Assembly: GCF_001194135.2 (NCBI RefSeq)
Contig: NC_068985.1
Location: 83,062,349-83,126,348, forward strand
Origin: Octopus bimaculoides
Lineage: Eukaryota
Direction: 5' to 3'
Length of the DNA stretch: 64,000 nt
How positions within the stretch are numbered: position 1 is the stretch's first letter; every line of letters starts with the position of its first letter. The notes below the pieces were generated by a model that was given only the letters and a program-made list of their open reading frames with translations, was not told the origin of the DNA and searched no databases. This document shows, piece by piece, positions 37,425 through 51,169 of this stretch. Made by a program: the position numbers and the translations under genes.

Positions 37425-37642
37425 TACGACAGGGTGCTGCAAAGTTCCTTGCTTTGGGTAAAAGAAAATACAAGAGGAGTTAATTATAATTTTATTGAAC
37501 ATATTCCCCTCTCAGATTCACACACTTATTGCAGTGGTCCTTCAATTTTTGTAAGCCTTGTGAAAGAACTCGGAAGGTTTGGCCACCAATCAGGCCTTTC
37601 GTGATACCCTTAAAGTCAGGAGCTTTTCACTACCCCCTCATA
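37425..37642 (-). mobile_element. Mariner-derived MITE with ~31-bp TIRs and TA ends
   Basis: TIRs TACGACAGGGTGCTGCAAAGTTCCTTGCTTT and (reverse complement) TATGAGGGGGTAGTGAAAAGCTCCTGACTTT, 22/31 identical. Minus strand 37557-37492 encodes GLQKLKDHCNKCVNLRGEYVQ*, like mariner transposase C-termini. Confidence 0.85.
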
Positions 37643-38436
37643 ATTGCTGGCAACATATTCCCAGGCAGAATCTGTGTATTGCAGTGTATGACGAATCTAT
37701 ATCATTCTGAATTACAGGTATATTCACCCAATGACAGATGGATATATGATATCCATCTATTCAGTGTGACTCAAAAGGATATAAAAATGACATTTGCCCA
37801 TGATACAATGCAGTGGAATTGAAACTGAGGCCTTATGATTCTGAAATGAATTTCTTCTTAATCATTCAGTCATACTGCACCTACAAGACAAAAATAACAT
37901 TTGTTTGTTTAAAAGTAAAAATTTCAAAGTTACCAAGTTCAAATCCCGCCTGGATTTGATCTTGGAAAACTTGGAAATCCACAATCCAAAAATGAGGTAT
38001 CTGATTGTTGAATCAAGATTGAACTGATAAAAATTATATAAATGGACACATAAATGATTAGATTAATAGTCCGGAAAAGTTTAATTAACCTGATATCTCA
38101 TCTTCAGAAGCTTAAGTCATAAAATAAATATTGTGAATTAAAAAAAAAATACAAAAAAAGAAACATATATACATTTTATTTATTTCTTCATTTCAGTTAG
38201 AAAGACTTGAAAAAATGGTTGGGTGGAGGCAGCAGTGTTGTTAATGAAGATTTGAGTGCTTTTTGCTAATAAGACATTCATTAATAGAATGTGTAGTACA
38301 AACTTGAGCTAATTTGTTTGTAGTATTTACAAAAGAAATATTTCAGTACTAGATAATAGACAAAATTACTGCTACACACAAACACACCCACACAAATGTA
38401 TAAAGCATAAATTGTTACATGCGCTATCATATATAT

Positions 38437-38467
<31 letters not shown>

Positions 38468-38601
38468 NNNNNNNNNNATATATATGTATGTATGTATGTA
38501 TATATATGTGTGTGTGTGTGTGTGTATATATATGCATATATGTATATATATTTACATATATGTATATATATATATGTATATATATGTATACATATATATG
38601 C

Positions 38602-38637
<36 letters not shown>

Positions 38638-39579
38638 ACACTTATGTGTATATATACAATTATATATATACAAATGCATACACACACATACACTCTCTCA
38701 CATATACACATATATTTAAACACACACATACAAATACATAGCATTATTAACAACCTATAATTGTAAGTACACACATACATATGTGCATATATTCCTAAAA
38801 GCTTCTAATTAATTCATTTCGTGTGTTGTTTTTACTGCGAAATACAATTAAATAAATAAGATAAAATAAAATAAAATATATAAACGAAAAATAAGAAAAT
38901 AGATAAGTTATCAATAAAAATACATTTTTTTAAAACAGAAAAAAACCCAGTTTCCACCATATATATAAAAAAATATGAACAACAAAATAGTGAAAGTAGG
39001 AAAAAGATTCAAAATACAACGATAAGAGTTAATTAGTGATCGTTCTCTTCAACTGTTTTATATCAAATAGTATTTAAAACAACGAAAAAAAGAAAGAAAA
39101 ATATATTGTATTCTATGTATAAACTGCGCTTTTCGAATAAAATTCCTTAAATGCATAACATACATTTAAATAAAAAACAGAAGTAGACATGTTGCTCTTC
39201 AATTGTATTTTTAGTTCTTTGAAAACATATTTTGTGGGTAGATAGGAGAAGGATGTTATGTTCAGGTTCTGGGGATTGATATGCATGTTTTTGCTTTTTT
39301 GTTCCCTCCACTTTTTATATTTAATTTTTTTTAAATATTTTTTATTTTGTGTATGTGTACGTTCATAATTTGTTTTGGGATTAATGAATAGAAATCTACC
39401 AAAATATTGATAATTTCAAGTTTATTATCATCACCATCAGTATCACCATTATAACCATCATCATCATTATTATTATCATTATTATTATTATTGCATAGTA
39501 ATCTTATCATTGTTTCATTATTTGATGGTAAAATTGCATGTAGTTCCATGTGTTGGGTACATGCTATGTTTTGTTTTAT

Positions 39580-39693
39580 TATTTCTTCTTCTTCTTCTTC
39601 TTCTTCTTCTTCTTCTTCTTCTTCTTCCCACCACCACACCACAAATGCCACCACCACCACCATCTTCATCAACCTCTCCTCCTCCTCCTCCTC
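39580..39693. repeat. Compound (CTT)n/(CCA)n/(CCT)n triplet tract
   Basis: Direct reading. Confidence 0.95.
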
Positions 39694-40485
39694 NNNNNNN
39701 NNNNNNNNNNNNNNNNNNNNNNNNNNNNNNNNNNNNNNNNNNNNNNNNNNNNNNNNNNNNNNNNNNNNNNNNNNNNNNNNNNNNNNNNNNNNNNNNNNNN
39801 NNNNNNNNNNNNNNNNNNNNNNNNNNNNNNNNNNNNNNNNNNNNNNNNNNNNNNNNNNNNNNNNNNNNNNNNNNNNNNNNNNNNNNATCATCTTCATCAT
39901 CATTCAAAGCACAGGGCAAAAAGCCTTTGCAGTATTACTTCTTGCTCTTCACATTTTGGGTTCAAATGATACTGAGTTTGGGGTAATATAGAGGATCAAA
40001 GATTAGAATGCAGTGTTGTTGTTGTTGACTGGTGGTTTTCAGTTCATCATTATCCACCTTTGTTTCTGGTCAACCACATTGCTCATTTGTGAGGTCAGAG
40101 TTACCAGAACGAAATTTTGCAGACCAATTTGATACTGCCTGCTGTGTAATAAACATTAGAATGAAATGCTCCATTAATATTCTGAGCTCTCTGTGATGCT
40201 GTATTTCCAAGAAAGAACTCATATTTCAAAACTGTACAAATTTCTAACTTATCCATCTCTAAACCAAAATTAGTAAAAAACGATTTATAAATACTTTACA
40301 AAGTGCAAAATGAGTTAGAATAAAGAAATAGATGTGTCAGCTTTCTAACAAAATATAAAGATTGTCAAAATATAATAATGGTGCAAGATGAGCAGCTGTC
40401 AAATTTTACCATATACCTTACTACAAATTTCATGCTTGATGAATAAGATGTTTTAAAAGAAATTTAAAGTGCCTGCATGATAACT

Positions 40486-40705
40486 GTAAGGCTGTGAGCT
40501 GGCAGAATTGTTAGCATGCCAGGAAAAATGCTTAGTGGTATTTCATCTGTTCTTACATTCTACATCCAAATTTCACCACAGTCAACATTGTGTTTCACCC
40601 TGTTGAGGTCAATAAAATAAGTACTAGTTGAACCCTGGAGTCGATGTAAATGACTTACCTCTCCTTTGAAATTATTGGCCTTGTGCTGAAATTTGAAACC
40701 AATAC
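40486..40705 (+). mobile_element. SINE family B, full length (AATTTGAAACC tail type)
   Basis: Head GAGCTGGCAGAATTGTTAGC; colinear with 3483-3700. Confidence 0.85.
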
Positions 40706-40929
40706 ACACAGTATTTAAATATAGGCTACTAATAGCTTCATACCATAGGAACACAATAATTTGGCAGATTTATGCATCATGCCTTGCGTCTCCTTTGAGC
40801 ATGGAGGATCACTTGGAGATATGAGGCATGATATATAACTCTGTTGAATTATTGTGTTTCCATAGCAGGAAACTGTTAGTAACTCATATTTAAATAATGT
40901 GCTTATTAAATGATACATATGTGTGTATG

Positions 40930-40961
<32 letters not shown>

Positions 40962-40962
<1 letters not shown>

Positions 40963-41330
40963 GCACAGGAATGGCTGTGTGGTAAGGAGCTTGCTTCCCA
41001 ACCACATGGTTCCAGGTTCAGTCCCACTTTGTGGCACTTTGGACAAGTGTCTTCTACTATAGCCTTGAGCCGACCGAAGCCATGTGAGTGGATTTGGTTG
41101 ACAGAAACTGAAAGAAGCTTGTGTCTGTGTTTGTCCCTCTATCACTGCTTGACAACCAGCGTTGGTATGTTTATATCCCTGTAACTTAGCGGTTCAGCAA
41201 AAGAGCCTGATAGAACAAGTACTAGGCTTTAAAAAAAAAGAGTCCTGGAGTTGATTTGACTAAAACCTTTCAAGGTGATGCTCCAGCATGGCCACAGTCA
41301 GATGACTGAAACAGGTAAAAGAATAAAAGA
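40962..41330 (+). mobile_element. SINE family A, full length
   Basis: Colinear with 16404-16790; central microsatellite almost absent. Confidence 0.92.
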
Positions 41331-41997
41331 TATGTAAATGAATGTCTTTATACTACTAGTACTAAAATGGAAATTGCTCTCCCAAAATTCATTTATCCAC
41401 ATTGATGCCCCAACACTTCACTCTTAACCTTTTTGATTTTATTCATATCAAGGATACTTAGAAAGGATATTAAGTCAACCCTAGAGCTTAGTGTTGCTAT
41501 ATATTATCTGCCCCAGAAATATGAAAAACAAATTTGCCTTCAGTAGGTATTTTAGTGATACCCTACCAGTTCTGTTCATCCGTATTGAAATTTAGAAACG
41601 TCTAGCATGTGCAAGTACAGCTGGTTGAAAATTCTGCATTACCATTTTGAGGCCTTCCTCTTGACAGCTTTACAATGCACTACCACCCCATCTTCTCACT
41701 GATGTGAGGCTCCCACCTACTTGTTTGACTGGCTACTATTCAACTTCAGGTTCAATTTTGGATCATGTCCACTTCAGCCAGATTTCATCATTCCTTCTCA
41801 CCCATATGTAATGGCTGGCTTTCTCAACTGTCACCTAGACCTCTTTCAAGATGGTTAGAAAAGCTAACAATTTATTAAAGATCTCTAAGGAATATTGAAA
41901 AGTAAGTGAATCTACTAGAAAACGATCAAGAGGTTCAAAAGAAAACAGCAAAGAGAAAGAGAGAGATGGAAAGAGGAAAATAAGTAGATAGAAAGAG

Positions 41998-42044
<47 letters not shown>

Positions 42045-42435
42045 AGCAATTGTATCCCACTGTTCTATTATACAAAGAGCCTGCCTGTCTTAAAGTCAAT
42101 TCTAAATTAAAACTGTCTTTCATAATTTTATGCATAAAATTTTTGTCAAGATACGTTCTTAACACCATTTTAATAATTACAAAATTAGTCATTTTACTAA
42201 ATCCCTCCAAATTCTTCTTTATTTTCAAAATTAATTAAAAATTAATTTAAAATTACAAGCTGTGTAACTCATCAGAAATATGACCAAGAAGGGTTAGTGT
42301 CGTACTCTTCAAGTTTATATTACCTGATATCGTCAACACCCTTCAATCAGTACTTCAGTCACCAGATGTCCCTGCTAAACACTGTTTAACTCTCAAATAC
42401 TTTGGAGATTAACAGTGATTAATGGACTGAAGAAA

Positions 42436-42810
42436 CATCATCATCATCATCCTCATCATCATCATTTAACGTCTACTTTCCATGCTAGCATGGGTTGGAC
42501 GATTTGACTGAGGACTGGTGAAACCAGATGGCTACACCAGGCTCCAATCTGATCTGGCAGAGTTTCTACAGCTGGATNNNNNNNNNNGATGCCCTTCCTA
42601 ACGCCAACCACTTTGAGAGTGTAGTGGGTGCTTTTACGTGCCACCGTTACGAAGGCCAGTCAGGCGGTACTGGCAATGGCCACGCTCGAAATGGTGTATT
42701 TTATGTGCCACCCACACAAGAGCCAGTCCAGCGGCACTGGCAATGATCTCGCTCGAAAATCCTTACACATGCCACGGGCACAAGTGCCAGAAAGGCGATG
42801 CTGAGCTCAG
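42436..42810 (-). mobile_element. Young RTE 3' UTR copy
   Basis: High similarity to the reverse of 18790-19378; 10-N gap inside. Confidence 0.9.
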
Positions 42811-43939
42811 GTAAATACACAATGTTTCAAAAATTTTGAATGTTAGTTCTAGAAGAAAGAAAAGGTAGCAGTAAGAGAGGTAAGTTAGATGTGCAAATGC
42901 TAAATGGGTAGCAGTAAAGAAGGAGGAATTGATATAAGAAGAGGTGTAGAATGAGCACTTGGATGGGAAAGTAAAGAGAAAGGAGGTGGAGAAGAAGAGA
43001 GAGAAACAGAGAGATGTTGAAGTTGGGACAGAGAAAAAGAGAGAAGAAAAAGCAAGAATAATACCATAGCAAATTAACAAAATTGAGATTGTAGGGTACT
43101 AAAAAAGGCTTTATGCCTCCACTAGCTCAAGAACAAAATTTATGTAGAGGTAAAAAGCCAGGTCCAAAAGTTTTTAGAAGCAAGGTCTTATTGCTTTTTT
43201 ATTTATTTATTTTTGTTCTTTGAGAAGAAGCCTAGCTTCAAGTTACTTTTTACACACTTTTTTCTAAACTTGAGAAAAATAAGTAGGGGTGCAAATTTTG
43301 ATTTTGCACCATACTCCAAAAAAAAAAAAAAAAATTTTAAGAGGAGTGCTTTCACTCCCTGCACCCTCTGTTCCCAGGCCCATGTATGCATCTGCCCTCA
43401 AATTGAACCTTTGATTTATCAGAGCACAATCAGGAGCCTAGCATTCTGTTAAGGAGTTTGTCTGTGCTGGGTCATCAGATGTCATGAATATATCATTGTG
43501 TTTCATGGTTGCTGCTATGGCAGTTGGTTTAGTTAATGAATGAAAATGTTTCTTGGCTATGCGAAGAAATAACTGAACAACACCTGTGAACATTTAACAA
43601 AGGAAATTATTATCACACATATAGGCAAACTACACTGGTTTTCCACAGTTAGCAACAACAATAATTATAGACTGGGAGAGAGATACTGGTCTGAGTTTAC
43701 AGAAAGCTATTAATACAGCAACATGCAGCTTGCCCAAAATATCTGAAAACAATTGTGCTATCTTTGTGGTGATGGAGGTTCTTGGTCATCTATCAGAGCC
43801 ATCTGTACTGGCTGCCATCCTGGGTTGTCTGCTGGGCCATCTTCCTGGGTTGTCTACTGCGTTGTGTCCCTCAGTTGTCTACTGGGCTGTTTGGTGGGGT
43901 TGTCTGGCATGGCAAGAATGAAGACACATATCACTCATC

Positions 43940-44030
43940 TGCCTTAACATTCTGTAGTGGGTTCAGAACCAAGGTAGCTTTTTATAGGGTGCAAGAAGTT
44001 GCTAGAAGAGAGAATCTTGTGATGGCTTGA
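43940..44030 (+). repeat. Dispersed repeat also at 54640-54725 (minus)
   Basis: GGGTTCAGAACCAAGGTAGCTTTTTATAGGGTGCAAG versus reverse-complement GGGTTTAGAACCAAACTGGCTTCTTATAGGGTACAAAG. Confidence 0.65.
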
Positions 44031-44750
44031 CACTGATTGGTTACTTAATGGAATGACCATGTGAAACTATTGTGGTTTGGTCGTGGTGCCTGACTGGTTA
44101 GGTTTCATATCACTGCTACAACTTAAACCATAAGGCTTCATGACTCCATTTACCAGTTGTGCACTACAGTTGAGTCTATCATTTATACCATTCCATACAA
44201 ATTTGTAGTGTTGCATTATTATAGAAAATCTTTATTTTGGTTCCTTCTGCCATGTGAGACATCAATAATAATGTTTGTTATGAAAAACAAAAAGTACAAT
44301 TTTTTTTTAAATACATATAGAATTTAAATAATCACAAAAAGCAAATGAAAAATTTAGAGTAATTAATATTACTTTAAATTAATGTTATTTTCATTTTTTT
44401 TTATATTATACTATATTAGACTACATTATTCTATATTCTTCTCTATGTTCGTATGAATGGAGTTGGAAGAGTTGAGGTTAGGATGAGGTTGGGAGTTACT
44501 TTCAAAAAATCACAGAAATAGTCTAAATTGAAATTGAGAATAAAGAAAAATATAAACACACACATACACACACATTCACATGCACATGTACATAGAAACA
44601 CATGCATATACACACACACATGCATATGCACACCACACACACACATATAAATGCACACACAATATGAAATACTCTCATATACATACAAACAGTTAAAACA
44701 TACACATCTGCATTGATTTAATGATATTATTCACCCATACATACATAAAT

Positions 44751-44793
<43 letters not shown>

Positions 44794-44816
44794 TATATGT
44801 ATATATATATATATAT

Positions 44817-45013
44817 TTTTACTTGTTTCAGTCATTTTGACTGTGACCATGCTGGAGCACTACCTTTTAGTCAAAGAATTTGATCCCTGAACTTATTCTT
44901 TATAAGCCTGATACTTATTCTATTAGTTTCTTTTGCTGAACCACTAGGTTATGAAGATGTAGACACACAGACATGGGTTGTCAAGCAATGATTTGGGGGA
45001 CAAACACACAAAT

Positions 45014-45085
<72 letters not shown>

Positions 45086-45280
45086 ACACACACATACACA
45101 CACACACATATATATATATATATAAAATGGTCTTCTTTCAGTTTCCATCTACCAAATCCACTCACAAGGCTTTGGTTGGCTTAAGGCTATAGTAGAAGAC
45201 ACTTGCCCAAGGTGATACACAGTGGAACTGAGCCTGTGGTTGAGAAGCTAGCTTCTTACCACACAGCCACCCCTGTGCCT
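44817..45280 (-). mobile_element. SINE family A, full length with long central (CA)n(TA)n; extra head fragment 45281-45303
   Basis: Reverse alignment to 16404-16790. Confidence 0.9.
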
Positions 45281-45426
45281 GCCACACAGCCATATCTGCA
45301 CCTCCACACACCCACGGACATACATACATTCATATATATATACTGATATACATGCATACCCACCTATGATAATGCATATTAATCCATACCCACATACATA
45401 CAGTAACATGACCACATTAAAATATA

Positions 45427-45463
<37 letters not shown>

Positions 45464-45554
45464 CACACATAGGCACATACGTACATATGCACACATACAC
45501 TCACAAACATATATATTTATATCTCTCTACCTATCTATCTACCTATGTATATGT

Positions 45555-45698
45555 ACACTGGTACTTAATTTATCAACCTCGAAAGGATGAAAGACAAAGT
45601 CGACCTCAGTGGAATTTGAACTCAGAACGTAAAGACAGACGAAATACCTCTCAGCATTTCGCCTGATGTGCTAACGTTTCTGCCAGCTTGCTGCCTTC
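45555..45698 (-). mobile_element. SINE family B, 5' two-thirds
   Basis: Close reverse match to 52935-53085. Confidence 0.85.
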
Positions 45699-45849
45699 CA
45701 GTTATGAAATACTGACTCAATAAGTCTTTATCTTGATGATGATGATGACTTTTGATAGTGGGGGGGAAACAACCAATCTCAATCAATGGGGATTCACAGT
45801 ATGGGTTGTACTATTCATCCTTTTGATCACCAAATACAAGATGTTGCTC

Positions 45850-46048
45850 ACGAGGTTTCCATTCTTGTAACCATCTCACCCTAATATATACCAATCTATC
45901 TCAAGCTTATTCATTTACAGCTGAGTGATCCAGAGTAATGTGAAATGAAGTGTTTTGCCCCTAAACGTAATACACAACTGGCCTAAGAACCAAAACCACG
46001 ATCTCACAATTATGAGTGTAGCACCCTAACTACTAGGCCATGTGCCTT
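45850..46048 (-). mobile_element. Family D-type SINE
   Basis: Ends CCCTAACTACTAGGCCATGTGCCT (reverse A-box head); CAGCTGAGTGATCCAGAG core. Confidence 0.7.
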
Positions 46049-46696
46049 TGTCTTGCTCAGTGTCTCAGACATACCCTCTGCAAGTCACATGCAGCTTGCA
46101 GACTAATTATATGTGGTTTCAAATCATTCAAAGTTTATCTCTTCATTTACAAAGATTTAACATCATACTGCCGTTACCAGTGACTGAGTTCAGAATCTGT
46201 TTGTAGTACATTTCACATATTAAAAAAATTTATAATTTTTGCAATTCTGCTGACCATGGATGTTGGTACCATTTGTAAAGAATTTCAGAAGTTGGTGCAG
46301 ATGCAGCTTTAGTGTGATAACCTACTGAAGCAGAAAACATGCAGAAATTGTTGTCCCAGATTTTGGCAAGTTGCTTCTATGTGACAAGATTTCCCAAACT
46401 GTTTGCCATATCTCTGTGGCTTCTGGTCTTGTCTTGAAGCACATATTCTTGTGAGCAGCTCTTTTCAACAACAACAACAACAAAAATAAATATAATAAAA
46501 ATTTTAAAATGCATTGTTCACAAACCTTACAGATAAATATTTACAAAACTGTATTAAGACTTGCAAATTTACCTGATTTGAAGCAAAACTATAGAATCCC
46601 TGCTCACTGCAAAATATTGACAAAACTTCTCTTCAGCTTGAACTGACTGGCATCAAAACGATTTTAATAAACACAATATAAACTGCATGTGTCTCT

Positions 46697-47241
46697 TTTT
46701 ACCTTAAACATGTTTCAGTCATTGGATTGCAGTCATGCTGGAGATACTACCTTGAAGGGTTTAGTTGAATGTATTGATTCCAGTACTTACTTTTAAGTCT
46801 GGTACTTATTCTGTGAGTATCTTGTGCTGGACTACTAAATTATGGGATATAAACATGCCTACACTGATTGTAAAGCAGTGGGATGAGAGAAACACAGACA
46901 CAAAGACAGACACATGCACACTAAGACAGAGATGACAAAGGACTGAGACATCCTGGGCCTTGCTGTAGACCAATCTACTACAGCAGAATTGATACAGGTG
47001 TTGCTTCCACATAAAAAGCACCCAGTATGCTCTGTAAAGTGGTTGGCATTAGGAAGGGCATCCAACCATTGGAACCATGTCAGAACAAACAATGGAGCCA
47101 AGTGTGACCCCAGCTTTACTAGCATTGGTCAAATCATCCAACCCATGTCAGCATAATAAACAGATGTTAAATGATGATGATACTGATGATATATATGTTT
47201 CTATATATATATATATGTAATGGACTGTCCTGTCATTAGAT

Positions 47242-47305
<64 letters not shown>

Positions 47306-47495
47306 CATACATACATACATACATACATACATACATACATACATACAATAGATTCCACACAGCTAAATTAGTTTACAAGGCACTGGTTAGCCTGGGGCTC
47401 TAGTAGATGATAATTGTGCAGTGTGCTGAATATAAGGACTGAATCTGAAATTGCATGGTTGATAAATGAGTTTCTTAACCACACAGTCATAGCCA
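46697..47495 (-). mobile_element. Decayed family-A SINE halves (46697-46920; 47350-47495) flanking an RTE tail (46995-47190, plus) and (TA)n(TACA)n
   Basis: Motif-level alignment to the reference copies; nested arrangement inferred. Confidence 0.65.
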
Positions 47496-47619
47496 TATAA
47501 CTTTAGTTCTAAATCTGACATTCAATAAAAATATGTTTAATTTAAGATATATATCTCAAGAAGACCTGTCCTCCACTGCAGAAGTGTCAATGCCACTCCT
47601 CCTGATGAAGAGGATCGAC

Positions 47620-47875
47620 CTGCAAGAGCCCTGTGCTGGTGCCATGTAAAAAGCCCTCGTGCTGATGTCACATTCGAGTGCCTGTGTCGGTGCCTCCTTA
47701 AAAGCACCCAGCACACACTGTAAAGCAGTTGGCATTCGGAAGGGCATCCAGCTGTAGAAACCGGGCTAAGTCAGCCTGAAACCTGGTGCAACTCTCCAGC
47801 TTGTAAGCTCTGGTCAAGCTGTCCAACCCATGCCAACATGAGAAATGGACATTGAAGGATTATGATGATGATGAT
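47620..47875 (+). mobile_element. RTE 3' UTR/tail fragment
   Basis: AAAGCACCCAGCACACACTGTAAAGCAGTTGGCATTCGGAAGGGCATCCAGCTGTAGAAA...(GAT)n. Confidence 0.85.
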
Positions 47876-48094
47876 TTACTTACCAGTTTTGTTGTGTAGC
47901 TGTAAAAGCATAATAAATACAAAAGATCATAACACCAATTCCCTCTCCAATGCCACACCTTTATTTTTGTCCACTGGACCTGTTCTTCAGTCGGTAATGG
48001 CCTTCTCCCTTCCTTGAGTTGGAGACCCTTGACCTAGTCCATGCTATGATGAAAAAAAAAAGCAGTCATAATATGAATGAATGAAACAAAGACT

Positions 48095-48131
<37 letters not shown>

Positions 48132-48321
48132 TACATAAATATTTATTTGTTTATATATTTCTGTGTGAGTATGGTGTGATTCATTTAAATACTTTGAAAC
48201 TTTGAAATCCTGTTTGCATATCAGTTTTCAAAATCTTCATATATGCAGCTTCAAGTAATATCCACACTCCCTCTCCAGCCACACAAACATTTATGACTGC
48301 ATATGTGTATGTACATGCATA

Positions 48322-48360
<39 letters not shown>

Positions 48361-48538
48361 ATGTATACACCCTTAATCTGGTTATATGAAAAGGGCATGA
48401 ATAAATGTGCATGTTTTCCATTTATACATATGTATATGTGTTTGTATATAGATACATATATATGTGTGTGTAAATATATATACATGTACGTATATTTTCA
48501 TGAATATATATGTATGTATGTATTCATGAAAATATATG

Positions 48539-48584
<46 letters not shown>

Positions 48585-49269
48585 TGTGTGTAGCATATCA
48601 AATACACAAGCATATCTAGATCTACCAGTGCAATGCAAACCAAAAAAAAAAAAGATCAAAATAGAAAAAAAAACCTCCAAAACAAACCAAAATAAAACAA
48701 AACAAAAAAAAAACTACCTTGTACACCGGAACACAAACATTAACATAACAAAGGAGAATAGAACATATCTAGATGTGCAAGTAAAACATAACTCTACAAA
48801 GAATGTGATATCTATTGCATCTAATCAGCTATTGCTAAATTCTACTTCAAAAGATCTGCAACTTCAGTTCCTTGTCTTTTGAAAAATGTATCAGAAGGAA
48901 TCGGTTCGCTTCTATGTTTGATCTCACAAACATTGATCATCTTTGGGTTAAAATCTACTGTTTCTTCATGCTCTCTCTCTATCCTAGAAACTTACCATCT
49001 TTAGAAATTCTTTTGGTGAGCAGGTTATAGCTTATATTTACATTTACATTACGTTCAACTGATTTATATGTTGCCAATTAGATACTGAAGTATTAACATC
49101 TTAATTAAGATACTGACATCAAAGGACATTATAATTTTGATTGATATTTCATGTTTCACTCATTGCTTTGCATCATTTCAAGCAAGGCTGTACGCTAAGT
49201 TGTATGTAGAGGGAGAAATCTGAACGAAGTTTGATAACTGAAGTATATTCATACCTTTTCTAAATCTCA

Positions 49270-49869
49270 CCCTGCCTTTATCTGTATCTCTCTCTCTCTC
49301 TCACTCTTTCATGGCTTATCCCTTTGTCAATCTCACTCTCTATCCTTATCCCTTTTCCACTTGCACTCTCTCTATCTGCTCCTCCTCTCTATCTCCCTCT
49401 CTCACTCTTCCTCTCTCTCTCTGTCATTCTATGCCTCTGACATTCTCACTCTCTGTCCTTATCCCTTTTCCACTCTCACTCTCCCCTCTCTCTCTCTCCC
49501 TCTCTCCTCTCTCACCCCCTTTCTCACATCTCTCTCTCACCCTCTCCCTCTTTCTCTGTCATTTTATGCCTCTGTCATTCTCACAGGCTCTGTCCTTATC
49601 CCTTTTTCCATTCTCATTCTCTCTTTCCAGCCCACTGTTCTCTCTCTCTCTCTCTCTCTCTCTCTCCTGTCACACTCTCCCCCTCGCCCTTTGTCACACA
49701 CACTCTCTCTCTCGCTCACTCTCTATCTCTTTCTAGCCCTCTGTTACTCTTTCTTTTTTGTTTCTTCTCTCTCTACTACTCTTTCACTTTCTCTCATCAC
49801 TTCTCTTTCACTCCACCTCACCTCTTTTCCACCACCCTCCCTCTTTCCTTCCATTTCTCTGTAATTCCA

Positions 49870-49870
<1 letters not shown>
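49270..49870. repeat. CT-rich tract with a ~125-bp unit repeated about three times
   Basis: CTCT(A/G)TCCTTATCCCTTTT(T)CCA recurs near 49335, 49450 and 49590. Confidence 0.75.
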
Positions 49871-49918
<48 letters not shown>

Positions 49919-50268
49919 TTCGCACACATGCGTGCACGCNNNNNNNNNNNNNNNNNNNNNNNNNNNNNNNNNNNNNNNNNNNNNNNNNNNNNNNNNNNNN
50001 NNNNNNNNNNNNNNNNNNNNNNNNNNNNNNNNNNNNNNNNNNNNNNNNNNNNNNNNNNNNNNNNNNNNNNNNNNNNNNNNNNNNNNNNNNNNNNNNNNNN
50101 NNNNNNNNNNNNNNNNNNNNNNNNNNNNNNNNNNNNNNNNNNNNNNNNNNNNNNNNNNNNNNNNNNNNNNNNNNNNNNNNNNNNNNNNNNNNNNNNNNNN
50201 NNNNNNNNCTCCTGCCTCTGCCTCCTCCATCTCTCCATCAAATCTTTTTCTTCTGTTGTCACCTAGCA

Positions 50269-50553
50269 CAGGGGTTTTCAAACTTTTTGACTTGCGGACC
50301 CTTTTATATTTCAGGCTTTACCTTATAAACGCTTATGAAATTTATACATAAATATTTGCTTAAAATAACATATATTTTTACATTTATTTATTTAACTGTA
50401 TTTAACAAATAGGTTTATTGTCAATTAAAAGATTTCGATTAAAAACCATATATAAAATCAGATTGCCCATAAAAAGTATTTGCTGTTCACGGACCTCCTG
50501 TCTTGTCCTTGCGGACCCCCTGTGGTCCGCGGACCACAGTTTGAAAACCACTG
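50269..50553. mobile_element. hAT (Charlie-like) MITE, 285 bp
   Basis: TIRs CAGGGGTTTTCAAACT and (reverse complement) CAGTGGTTTTCAAACT, 15/16. Flanks ACCTAGCA (50261-50268) and ACCTAGTG (50554-50561). Confidence 0.92.
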
Positions 50554-51169
50554 ACCTAGTGTCCCTCTTTTTACTGATCAGTTTGACAATGAGTTGCAAG
50601 ATGGAAGCTAAACACGAGTGTAATTATGAACTGTCTGTGTGTGCATGTGTGTGTGTGTGTGTGCTTTTATGTATGTGTGTTACAATGTTGAGGTAACTGA
50701 GTGGATAAGCCAATAGGGGACTAAACTGCTAACTTTTGAGTTCAAACCAGCTGTAAGCATTTAATTGTGTTTCTAAATAAAACTCCTTATTTTATATCAC
50801 TTTAGTTCATCTACCTCTTGCGAATTGATGACCATATTATTTGGAGTTCAGTTGGAGACATCTGTTAGGGATATAAATGACAAAGGTACCGATAATTCTG
50901 GGGTTTATTAAATTCAGTGCTCTTGAACAATCCCTCTCACTGGATTGGAGCTTGTTATTTATTGATTTCAAAAAGATGAAAGTAAAATTGAATTTGGTGG
51001 AATTTTAACTGTGTAGAGATTTGGAACAAATATTTTAAGCCATTCTATCCAATTATATCACATCACTGTTAATTTACTGTCTTCATGTTTGGTATCTGAA
51101 CAGGCTCAAATAAGCAGGAACATGTCTATAGTTTTCTTCCCTAGCAGTCTCCTGTTTTAAGTTACTTCA

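Noticed and set aside
38990-39210. CTCTTCAACTG / CTCTTCAATTG words resembling Penelope termini
   Set aside because: No matching GTTTC partner or helices; too AT-rich to support.
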